From NCBI GenBank assembly GCA_009914755.4, contig CP086569.2, forward strand, positions 51,040,001 to 51,104,000: 64,000 nt of DNA. The letters run 5' to 3'. This DNA is from the human T2T-CHM13v2.0 reference genome, Homo sapiens. Positions 41,916-54,101 of this stretch are shown here, piece after piece. Numbering within the stretch: the first letter of the stretch is position 1; the number at the start of each line of letters is the position of its first letter. A program made the position numbers and the translations under genes. The notes below the pieces were generated by a model. The model was not told where the DNA came from, did not search any database, and saw nothing but the letters and a program-made list of their open reading frames with translations.

Positions 41916-44067
41916 CAATCGAATGGAATGGAATCGAACGGAATGGAATAAAATGGAAGAAAACTGGCAAGAAATGGAATCGAAATGAATGGAGTGTTAT
42001 GGAACGGACTCAAAAGGAATTGAATGTAATAGAATGGAGTGGAGTGGACTCGAATATAATGGACTGGAATGGAATGAAATCACATGGAATGGGAACGAAT
42101 GGAATGGAATGGAAAGGAATGGAATCGAATGGAAAGGAATCGAATGGAAGGGAATGAAATTGAATCAACAGGAATGGAAGGGAATAGAATAGACGGTAAT
42201 GGAATGGACTCGAATAGAATGGACATGAATGCTCAAATTGAATGGACTCGAATGGAATGGAAACGAAAGGAATGTCATCGAATGGAATTGAATCGATTGG
42301 AATGAAATCGCATAGAATGGAGTGGAATCAAATGGAATTGAATAGAAAGGAAAGGAAGCGAATGGACTGAAATGAAATGGAATGGAATTGAATGGAAAGT
42401 AATGCAATGGAATAGAATGGAACGAAATTTCACGGAATGGAATCAAACTGAATGGAATCAAATCAATGGAAGCCAATCAAATGGAATGGAAAGGAATTGA
42501 ATGGAGTAGATTGGATTGGATGGGATTGGAATGAAATGTACTGGAAAGGACTCGAATTTCATGAAACGGAATGGAATGAATTGGAACGGAATGGACTCGA
42601 ATGCAATGGAATGTCATGGAATGGCATCAAATGGAATGGCATCAAATGGAATGGAATCGAATGCAATGGAATGCTATGGAATGGAATGGAATGCATTGGA
42701 ATGGAATGTCCTCTAATGGAATGGATTCGAGTGGAATGGAATCGAATATAATGGAGTCGAATGAAATGGAATTGAAAGGAATGGGATCGAATACAATGGA
42801 ATATACTGGAATGTAATGTAATGAACTCGAATGTAATTGACTGGAATGGAATGTACATGAATGGAATGTAATCGAATGGAAAGTAATCCAATGGAATAGA
42901 ATCTAATGCAATAAAATCGACTCAGATAGAGTAGAATGTAATGGAATGGAGTGCAGTGCAATGGAATGGAATGGAATGGAATGCAATGGAATGGAATGGA
43001 ATGGAATGGAATGGAATTTAATGGAATGGGATGGAATGGTATGGAATGGATAGTAATGGACTGGAGTGAAATGGACTGGAAAGGAATGGACTCAAATTGA
43101 AAGGGCTCGAAAGGACTGGAGTCAAATGGAATGGTCTGGAATGGAATGAACACGAATGTAATGCAATCCAATAGAATGGTATCGAATGGCATGGAATATA
43201 AAGAAATGGAATCGAAGAGAATGGAAACAAATGGAATGGAATTGAATGGAATGGAATTGAATGGAATGGGAACGAATGGAGTGAAATTGTATGCAGTAGA
43301 AGGTAATAGAATGGAATGCAAGCGAAAGGAAAGGAATGGATTGGAATGGAATGGAATTCATTGGAATGGAAGGGAATGTAGTGTAATGGACAGGTCTGGA
43401 ATAAAGTGGAATGCTACGGTCTCAATGGAATAAAAATGTATGGAATGGAATGCAATGAAACGGAATCGAATGTCATAGAATGTAATGGAATGCAACAAAA
43501 TGGAATCCAAAATCATTGACTGGAAAGGCTGGGTGTCGAAAGGAATTGACTCCAATGGAATGGAATCGAATGGAATGGAAGTGAATAGAATCGAACTAAA
43601 TCGAATGGAATGGAATTGATAGGAACGGAATGGAAAGGAATGCAATGATTTGGCATGGAATGGAATCGAATGGCATCGAATGGAATGGAATGGAATGCAA
43701 TGGAATGGAATGTATTAGAATGTAATGAACTTTAATGGAATGTACTCGAATGGATTCGACTGGAATGGAATGTTCTGGAAGTGAATGGACTCCAATGGAA
43801 TGGATTCCAAAGGAATGGAATCGTACGGAATGGAATCTAATGGAATGGAATTAAATGGAAATGAATCAAATTGAATAGCACGGAATTGAATTGAATGGAA
43901 TGGAATGCAATGGAATCTAATGAAACGGAAAGGAAAGGAATGGAATGGAATGGAATGGGCTGGAATGGAAAGGAATCGAAACGAATGGAATGGAATCGAA
44001 CTGAAGAGACTGGAATGGAATGCACTGGAATGGAAGGGAGTGTAATGGAAGGTTCTCGAAAAAAATG
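41916..44067 (+). repeat. Internal tandem duplication in unit 12, copy 2 (2,152 bp)
   Basis: The junction at 41907-41940 reads cgaaaaaaatg|caatcgaatggaatggaatcgaacgg. This joins the end-of-segment context to the start-of-segment context. Normal unit order resumes after 44067. Confidence 0.8.
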
Positions 44068-45073
44068 GAATCGAATGGAATGGAATTGAATGGAACGGAA
44101 TAGAGTCGAATGGAATTGAATGGAATGGAATGGACTAGAGTGAAATGGAATCGAACCACAAGGAATGGAGAGGAATAGAATGGTCTCGAATTGAATGGAA
44201 TCGTATGGAATGGCATCAAACGGAATGGAATGGACAGCCACGGAATGGAATGCACTCGAATGCAATGGAGTCGAAACTAATGGACTGGAATAGAATGGAC
44301 TCGACTGGTACGGACTCCAATGGAATGGAATCGAATGGAAGGGAATCGAACGGAATGGACTCGAAGGGAAAAGACTGCAATGGAAAGGTCTCGAATGGAA
44401 TGGAAATTAATGGAATGGAATGGAATCGAATGAAATGGAGTCAAAAGGAATGGAATCGAATGGCAACAAATCGAATGTAATGGAATCGCAAGGAATTGAT
44501 GTGAACGGAACGGAATGGAATGGAATCCAAAGGAATGGAATAGAATGGAATGGAATCGAATGGAAAGGACTCGAATGGAAATCACTCGAATAGAATGCAA
44601 TTTAATAAAATTGGATCAAATGTAATGGAATGGAATGGAAAGGAATCGAAACGAAAGGAATGGAGACAGATGGAATGGAATGGAACAGAGAGCAATGGTA
44701 TAGAATGGAATGGAATCATCTGGAATGGAATTGAATGGAATGGAATAATATGAAATGGAATGGAATGGAATGGAATGGAATGCCCTTGAATTAAATGGAC
44801 TGGAATGGAATGGACTCGAACAGAGTGGAATGGAAAGTGTTGAGATAGAATGGAATGGACTCCTTTGGAATGGTGTAGTATGCAATGCAATCGACTGGCA
44901 GGGAATCAAAAGGAATGTAATGTAATGGACTGGACTGGAATGCAATGGACTCGAATAGATTGGAAACGGAATGCAAAGGAATGGAATGGAATAGTATGGA
45001 ATGGAATGGAAAGGAATGGAGTGGAATAGACTAGAGTGGAATGGAATGGACTGGAAAGCAATGGACTGGAATG

Positions 45074-45086
45074 GAACTTTCTTGAA
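45074..45086. promoter_or_regulatory. HSE consensus match GAActTTCttGAA
   Basis: Unit offset +235. Verified. Confidence 0.3.
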
Positions 45087-45478
45087 TGGACTAGAATCAA
45101 ACGGAATGGAATGCAATGCAATCAAATGGCATGGAATAAAATAGAATGAAAGAGAATCAAATGGAATTGAATCGAATGGAATCGAATGGATTGGAAAGGA
45201 ATAGAATGGAATGGAATGGAATTGACTCAAATGGAATGGACTAGAATGGAATGGATTCGAATGGAAGGCAAAGGAATGGAATCTATTGGAATGGACTGTA
45301 ATGGAATGGAATGGAAGGGATTGGAATGGACTCGAATGGAATGGACTGCAATAGAAAGGATTCGAATGGAATGAAAAAGAATTGAATGGAATAGAACAGA
45401 ATGGAATCAAATCGAATGAAATGGAATGGAATAGAAAGGAATGGAATGAAATGGAATGGAAAGGATTCGAATGGAATG

Positions 45479-47630
45479 CAATCGAATGGAATGGAATCGA
45501 ACGGAATGGAATAAAATGGAAGAAAACTGGCAAGAAATGGAATCGAAATGAATGGAGTGTTATGGAACGGACTCAAAAGGAATTGAATGTAATAGAATGG
45601 AGTGGAGTGGACTCGAATATAATGGACTGGAATGGAATGAAATCACATGGAATGGGAACGAATGGAATGGAATGGAAAGGAATGGAATCGAATGGAAAGG
45701 AATCGAATGGAAGGGAATGAAATTGAATCAACAGGAATGGAAGGGAATAGAATAGACGGTAATGGAATGGACTCGAATAGAATGGACATGAATGCTCAAA
45801 TTGAATGGACTCGAATGGAATGGAAACGAAAGGAATGTCATCGAATGGAATTGAATCGATTGGAATGAAATCGCATAGAATGGAGTGGAATCAAATGGAA
45901 TTGAATCGAAAGGAAAGGAAGCGAATGGACTGAAATGAAATGGAATGGAATTGAATGGAAAGTAATGCAATGGAATAGAATGGAACGAAATTTCACGGAA
46001 TGGAATCAAACTGAATGGAATCAAATCAATGGAAGCCAATCAAATGGAATGGAAAGGAATTGAATGGAGTAGATTGGATTGGATGGGATTGGAATGAAAT
46101 GTACTGGAAAGGACTCGAATTTCATGAAACGGAATGGAATGAATTGGAACGGAATGGACTCGAATGCAATGGAATGTCATGGAATGGCATCAAATGGAAT
46201 GGCATCAAATGGAATGGAATCGAATGCAATGGAATGCTATGGAATGGAATGGAATGCATTGGAATGGAATGTCCTCTAATGGAATGGATTCGAGTGGAAT
46301 GGAATCGAATATAATGGAGTCGAATGAAATGGAATTGAAAGGAATGGGATCGAATACAATGGAATATACTGGAATGTAATGTAATGAACTCGAATGTAAT
46401 TGACTGGAATGGAATGTACATGAATGGAATGTAATCGAATGGAAAGTAATCCAATGGAATAGAATCTAATGCAATAAAATCGACTCAGATAGAGTAGAAT
46501 GTAATGGAATGGAGTGCAGTGCAATGGAATGGAATGGAATGGAATGCAATGGAATGGAATGGAATGGAATGGAATGGAATTTAATGGAATGGGATGGAAT
46601 GGTATGGAATGGATAGTAATGGACTGGAGTGAAATGGACTGGAAAGGAATGGACTCAAATTGAAAGGGCTCGAAAGGAATGGAGTCAAATGGAATGGTCT
46701 GGAATGGAATGAACACGAATGTAATGCAATCCAATAGAATGGTATCGAATGGCATGGAATATAAAGAAATGGAATCGAAGAGAATGGAAACAAATGGAAT
46801 GGAATTGAATGGAATGGAATTGAATGGAATGGGAACGAATGGAGTGAAATTGTATGCAGTAGAAGGTAATAGAATGGAATGCAAGCGAAAGGAAAGGAAT
46901 GGATTGGAATGGAATGGAATTCATTGGAATGGAAGGGAATGTAGTGTAATGGACAGGTCTGGAATAAAGTGGAATGCTACGGTCTCAATGGAATAAAAAT
47001 GTATGGAATGGAATGCAATGAAACGGAATCGAATGTCATAGAATGTAATGGAATGCAACAAAATGGAATCCAAAATCATTGACTGGAAAGGCTGGGTGTC
47101 GAAAGGAATTGACTCCAATGGAATGGAATCGAATGGAATGGAAGTGAATAGAATCGAACTAAATCGAATGGAATGGAATTGATAGGAACGGAATGGAAAG
47201 GAATGCAATGATTTGGCATGGAATGGAATCGAATGGCATCGAATGGAATGGAATGGAATGCAATGGAATGGAATGTATTAGAATGTAATGAACTTTAATG
47301 GAATGTACTCGAATGGATTCGACTGGAATGGAATGTTCTGGAAGTGAATGGACTCCAATGGAATGGATTCCAAAGGAATGGAATCGTACGGAATGGAATC
47401 TAATGGAATGGAATTAAATGGAAATGAATCAAATTGAATAGCACGGAATTGAATTGAATGGAATGGAATGCAATGGAATCTAATGAAACGGAAAGGAAAG
47501 GAATGGAATGGAATGGAATGGGCTGGAATGGAAAGGAATCGAAACGAATGGAATGGAATCGAACTGAAGAGACTGGAATGGAATGCACTGGAATGGAAGG
47601 GAGTGTAATGGAAGGTTCTCGAAAAAAATG
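45479..47630 (+). repeat. Internal tandem duplication in unit 13, copy 1 (2,152 bp)
   Basis: This is the unit-12 coordinates plus 5715. Same boundaries and sequence context. Confidence 0.8.
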
Positions 47631-49782
47631 CAATCGAATGGAATGGAATCGAACGGAATGGAATAAAATGGAAGAAAACTGGCAAGAAATGGAATCGAAA
47701 TGAATGGAGTGTTATGGAACGGACTCAAAAGGAATTGAATGTAATAGAATGGAGTGGAGTGGACTCGAATATAATGGACTGGAATGGAATGAAATCACAT
47801 GGAATGGGAACGAATGGAATGGAATGGAAAGGAATGGAATCGAATGGAAAGGAATAGAATGGAAGGGAATGAAATTGAATCAACAGGAATGGAAGGGAAT
47901 AGAATAGACGGTAATGGAATGGACTCGAATAGAATGGACATGAATGCTCAAATTGAATGGACTCGAATGGAATGGAAACGAAAGGAATGTCATCGAATGG
48001 AATTGAATCGATTGGAATGAAATCGCATAGAATGGAGTGGAATCAAATGGAATTGAATCGAAAGGAAAGGAAGCGAATGGACTGAAATGAAATGGAATGG
48101 AATTGAATGGAAAGTAATGCAATGGAATAGAATGGAACGAAATTTCACGGAATGGAATCAAACTGAATGGAATCAAATCAATGGAAGCCAATCAAATGGA
48201 ATGGAAAGGAATTGAATGGAGTAGATTGGATTGGATGGGATTGGAATGAAATGTACTGGAAAGGACTCGAATTTCATGAAACGGAATGGAATGAATTGGA
48301 ACGGAATGGACTCGAATGCAATGGAATGTCATGGAATGGCATCAAATGGAATGGCATCAAATGGAATGGAATCGAATGCAATGGAATGCTATGGAATGGA
48401 ATGGAATGCATTGGAATGGAATGTCCTCTAATGGAATGGATTCGAGTGGAATGGAATCGAATATAATGGAGTCGAATGAAATGGAATTGAAAGGAATGGG
48501 ATCGAATACAATGGAATATACTGGAATGTAATGTAATGAACTCGAATGTAATTGACTGGAATGGAATGTACATGAATGGAATGTAATCGAATGGAAAGTA
48601 ATCCAATGGAATAGAATCTAATGCAATAAAATCGACTCAGATAGAGTAGAATGTAATGGAATGGAGTGCAGTGCAATGGAATGGAATGGAATGGAATGCA
48701 ATGGAATGGAATGGAATGGAATGGAATGGAATTTAATGGAATGGGATGGAATGGTATGGAATGGATAGTAATGGACTGGAGTGAAATGGACTGGAAAGGA
48801 ATGGACTCAAATTGAAAGGGCTCGAAAGGAATGGAGTCAAATGGAATGGTCTGGAATGGAATGAACACGAATGTAATGCAATCCAATAGAATGGTATCGA
48901 ATGGCATGGAATATAAAGAAATGGAATCGAAGAGAATGGAAACAAATGGAATGGAATTGAATGGAATGGAATTGAATGGAATGGGAACGAATGGAGTGAA
49001 ATTGTATGCAGTAGAAGGTAATAGAATGGAATGCAAGCGAAAGGAAAGGAATGGATTGGAATGGAATGGAATTCATTGGAATGGAAGGGAATGTAGTGTA
49101 ATGGACAGGTCTGGAATAAAGTGGAATGCTACGGTCTCAATGGAATAAAAATGTATGGAATGGAATGCAATGAAACGGAATCGAATGTCATAGAATGTAA
49201 TGGAATGCAACAAAATGGAATCCAAAATCATTGACTGGAAAGGCTGGGTGTCGAAAGGAATTGACTCCAATGGAATGGAATCGAATGGAATGGAAGTGAA
49301 TAGAATCGAACTAAATCGAATGGAATGGAATTGATAGGAACGGAATGGAAAGGAATGCAATGATTTGGCATGGAATGGAATCGAATGGCATCGAATGGAA
49401 TGGAATGGAATGCAATGGAATGGAATGTATTAGAATGTAATGAACTTTAATGGAATGTACTCGAATGGATTCGACTGGAATGGAATGTTCTGGAAGTGAA
49501 TGGACTCCAATGGAATGGATTCCAAAGGAATGGAATCGTACGGAATGGAATCTAATGGAATGGAATTAAATGGAAATGAATCAAATTGAATAGCACGGAA
49601 TTGAATTGAATGGAATGGAATGCAATGGAATCTAATGAAACGGAAAGGAAAGGAATGGAATGGAATGGAATGGGCTGGAATGGAAAGGAATCGAAACGAA
49701 TGGAATGGAATCGAACTGAAGAGACTGGAATGGAATGCACTGGAATGGAAGGGAGTGTAATGGAAGGTTCTCGAAAAAAATG
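47631..49782 (+). repeat. Internal tandem duplication in unit 13, copy 2 (2,152 bp)
   Basis: The junction gaaaaaaatg|caatcgaatgg lies at 47622-47640 and is identical to the unit-12 junction. Confidence 0.8.
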
Positions 49783-50553
49783 GAATCGAATGGAATGGAA
49801 TTGAATGGAACGGAATAGAGTCGAATGGAATTGAATGGAATGGAATGGACTAGAGTGAAATGGAATCGAACCACAAGGAATGGAGAGGAATAGAATGGTC
49901 TCGAATTGAATGGAATCGTATGGAATGGCATCAAACGGAATGGAATGGACAGCCACGGAATGGAATGCACTCGAATGCAATGGAGTCGAAACTAATGGAC
50001 TGGAATAGAATGGACTCGACTGGTACGGACTCCAATGGAATGGAATCGAATGGAAGGGAATCGAACGGAATGGACTCGAAGGGAAAAGACTGCAATGGAA
50101 AGGTCTCGAATGGAATGGAAATTAATGGAATGGAATGGAATCGAATGAAATGGAGTCAAAAGGAATGGAATCGAATGGCAACAAATCGAATGTAATGGAA
50201 TCGCAAGGAATTGATGTGAACGGAACGGAATGGAATGGAATCCAAAGGAATGGAATAGAATGGAATGGAATCGAATGGAAAGGACTCGAATGGAAATCAC
50301 TCGAATAGAATGCAATTTAATAAAATTGGATCAAATTTAATGGAATGGAATGGAAAGGAATCGAAACGAAAGGAATGGAGACAGATGGAATGGAATGGAA
50401 CAGAGAGCAATGGTATAGAATGGAATGGAATCATCTGGAATGGAATTGAATGGAATGGAATAATATGAAATGGAATGGAATGGAATGGAATGGAATGCCC
50501 TTGAATTAAATGGACTGGAATGGAATGGACTCGAACAGAGTGGAATGGAAAGT

Positions 50554-53500
50554 GTTGAGATAGAATGGAATGGACTCCTTTGGAATGGTGTAGTATGCAA
50601 TGCAATCGACTGGCAGGGAATCAAAAGGAATGTAATGTAATGGACTGGACTGGAATGCAATGGACTCGAATAGATTGGAAACGGAATGCAAAGGAATGGA
50701 ATGGAATAGTATGGAATGGAATGGAAAGGAATGGAGTGGAATAGACTAGAGTGGAATGGAATGGACTGGAAAGCAATGGACTGGAATGGAACTTTCTTGA
50801 ATGGACTAGAATCAAACGGAATGGAATGCAATGCAATCAAATGGCATGGAATAAAATAGAATGAAAGAGAATCAAATGGAATTGAATCGAATGGAATCGA
50901 ATGGATTGGAAAGGAATAGAATGGAATGGAATGGAATTGACTCAAATGGAATGGACTAGAATGGAATGGATTCGAATGGAAGGCAAAGGAATGGAATCTA
51001 TTGGAATGGACTGTAATGGAATGGAATGGAAGGGATTGGAATGGACTCGAATGGAATGGACTGCAATAGAAAGGATTCGAATGGAATGAAAAAGAATTGA
51101 ATGGAATAGAACAGAATGGAATCAAATCGAATGAAATGGAATGGAATAGAAAGGAATGGAATGAAATGGAATGGAAAGGATTCGAATGGAATGCAATCGA
51201 ATGGAATGGAATCGAACGGAATGGAATAAAATGGAAGAAAACTGGCAAGAAATGGAATCGAAATGAATGGAGTGTTATGGAACGGACTCAAAAGGAATTG
51301 AATGTAATAGAATGGAGTGGAGTGGACTCGAATATAATGGACTGGAATGGAATGAAATCACATGGAATGGGAACGAATGGAATGGAATGGAAAGGAATGG
51401 AATCGAATGGAAAGGAATCGAATGGAAGGGAATGAAATTGAATCAACAGGAATGGAAGGGAATAGAATAGACGGTAATGGAATGGACTCGAATAGAATGG
51501 ACATGAATGCTCAAATTGAATGGACTCGAATGGAATGGAAACGAAAGGAATGTCATCGAATGGAATTGAATCGATTGGAATGAAATCGCATAGAATGGAG
51601 TGGAATCAAATGGAATTGAATCGAAAGGAAAGGAAGCGAATGGACTGAAATGAAATGGAATGGAATTGAATGGAAAGTAATGCAATGGAATAGAATGGAA
51701 CGAAATTTCACGGAATGGAATCAAACTGAATGGAATCAAATCAATGGAAGCCAATCAAATGGAATGGAAAGGAATTGAATGGAGTAGATTGGATTGGATG
51801 GGATTGGAATGAAATGTACTTGAAAGGACTCGAATTTCATGAAACGGAATGGAATGAATTGGAACGGAATGGACTCGAATGCAATGGAATGTCATGGAAT
51901 GGCATCAAATGGAATGGCATCAAATGGAATGGAATCGAATGCAATGGAATGCTATGGAATGGAATGGAATGCATTGGAATGGAATGTCCTCTAATGGAAT
52001 GGATTCGAGTGGAATGGAATCGAATATAATGGAGTCGAATGAAATGGAATTGAAAGGAATGGGATCGAATACAATGGAATATACTGGAATGTAATGTAAT
52101 GAACTCGAATGTAATTGACTGGAATGGAATGTACATGAATGGAATGTAATCGAATGGAAAGTAATCCAATGGAATAGAATCTAATGCAATAAAATCGACT
52201 CAGATAGAGTAGAATGTAATGGAATGGAGTGCAGTGCAATGGAATGGAATGGAATGGAATGCAATGGAATGGAATGGAATGGAATGGAATGGAATTTAAT
52301 GGAATGGGATGGAATGGTATGGAATGGATAGTAATGGACTGGAGTGAAATGGACTGGAAAGGAATGGACTCAAATTGAAAGGGCTCGAAAGGAATGGAGT
52401 CAAATGGAATGGTCTGGAATGGAATGAACACGAATGTAATGCAATCCAATAGAATGGTATCGAATGGCATGGAATATAAAGAAATGGAATCGAAGAGAAT
52501 GGAAACAAATGGAATGGAATTGAATGGAATGGGAACGAATGGAGTGAAATTGTATGCAGTAGAAGGTAATAGAATGGAATGCAAGCGAAAGGAAAGGAAT
52601 GGATTGGAATGGAATGGAATTCATTGGAATGGAAGGGAATGTAGTGTAATGGACAGGTCTGGAATAAAGTGGAATGCTACGGTCTCAATGGAATAAAAAT
52701 GTATGGAATGGAATGCAATGAAACGGAATCGAATGTCATAGAATGTAATGGAATGCAACAAAATGGAATCCAAAATCATTGACTGGAAAGGCTGGGTGTC
52801 GAAAGGAATTGACTCCAATGGAATGGAATCGAATGGAATGGAAGTGAATAGAATCGAACTAAATCGAATGGAATGGAATTGATAGGAACGGAATGGAAAG
52901 GAATGCAATGATTTGGCATGGAATGGAATCGAATGGCATCGAATGGAATGGAATGGAATGCAATGGAATGGAATGTATTAGAATGTAATGAACTTTAATG
53001 GAATGTACTCGAATGGATTCGACTGGAATGGAATGTTCTGGAAGTGAATGGACTCCAATGGAATGGATTCCAAAGGAATGGAATCGTACGGAATGGAATC
53101 TAATGGAATGGAATTAAATGGAAATGAATCAAATTGAATAGCACGGAATTGAATTGAATGGAATGGAATGCAATGGAATCTAATGAAACGGAAAGGAAAG
53201 GAATGGAATGGAATGGAATGGGCTGGAATGGAAAGGAATCGAAACGAATGGAATGGAATCGAACTGAAGAGACTGGAATGGAATGCACTGGAATGGAAGG
53301 GAGTGTAATGGAAGGTTCTCGAAAAAAATGGAATCGAATGGAATGGAATTGAATGGAACGGAATAGAGTCGAATGGAATTGAATGGAATGGAATGGACTA
53401 GAGTGAAATGGAATCGAACCACAAGGAATGGAGAGGAATAGAATGGTCTCGAATTGAATGGAATCGTATGGAATGGCATCAAACGGAATGGAATGGACAG

Positions 53501-54101
53501 CCACGGAATGGAATGCACTCGAATGCAATGGAGTCGAAACTAATGGACTGGAATAGAATGGACTCGACTGGTACGGACTCCAATGAAATGGAATCGAATG
53601 GAAGGGAATCGAACGGAATGGACTCGAAGGGAAAAGACTGCAATGGAAAGGTCTCGAATGGAATGGAAATTAATGGAATGGAATGGAATCGAATGAAATG
53701 GAGTCAAAAGGAATGGAATCGAATGGCAACAAATCGAATGTAATGGAATCGCAAGGAATTGATGTGAACGGAACGGAATGGAATGGAATCCAAAGGAATG
53801 GAATAGAATGGAATGGAATCGAATGGAAAGGACTCGAATGGAAATCACTCGAATAGAATGCAATTTAATAAAATAGGATCAAATGTAATGGAATGGAATG
53901 GAAAGGAATCGAAACCAAAGGAATGGAGACAGATGGAATGGAATGGAACAGAGAGCAATGGTATAGAATGGAATGGAATCATCTGGAATGGAATTGAATG
54001 GAATGGAATAATATGAAATGGAATGGAATGGAATGGAATGGAATGCCCTTGAATTAAATGGACTGGAATGGAATGGACTCGAACAGAGTGGAATGGAATG
54101 T
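50554..54101 (+). repeat. HSat3/DYZ1-type HOR unit 14 (3548 bp; same B subtype as units 12-13 but without the internal duplication)
   Basis: Anchors at 50554 and 54102. It shares the gcc hypervariable-site allele (MASIDL) with units 12 and 13. Confidence 0.85.
50789..50801. promoter_or_regulatory. HSE consensus match GAActTTCttGAA
   Basis: Unit offset +235. Verified. Confidence 0.3.

Larger units (their letters stand above)
39124..44838 (+). repeat. Variant 5,715-bp HOR unit 12 (a 3,563-bp unit plus a 2,152-bp internal tandem duplication)
   Basis: Anchors at 39124 and 44839. Segment 39764-41915 is repeated at 41916-44067. Landmark peptides (MASIDL..., MQWNVMEW..., MHSILLPSTAY...) appear twice, 2152 bp apart. 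Confidence 0.85.
44839..50553 (+). repeat. Variant 5,715-bp HOR unit 13 (second copy of the duplicated-type unit)
   Basis: Anchors at 44839 and 50554. Segment 45479-47630 is repeated at 47631-49782. The junction sequence is identical to that in unit 12. Confidence 0.85.

Noticed and set aside
39124-50553. The 5.7-kb units as an assembly error (mis-joined or over-expanded repeat)
   Set aside because: This cannot be excluded from sequence alone. It is not favoured, however: the junction is a clean single-site homology-mediated join, the two 5.7-kb units are in tandem with identical junctions, and flanking units differ by subtype variants. This is what a real amplified variant looks like. It is flagged for long-read confirmation rather than rejected as a feature.
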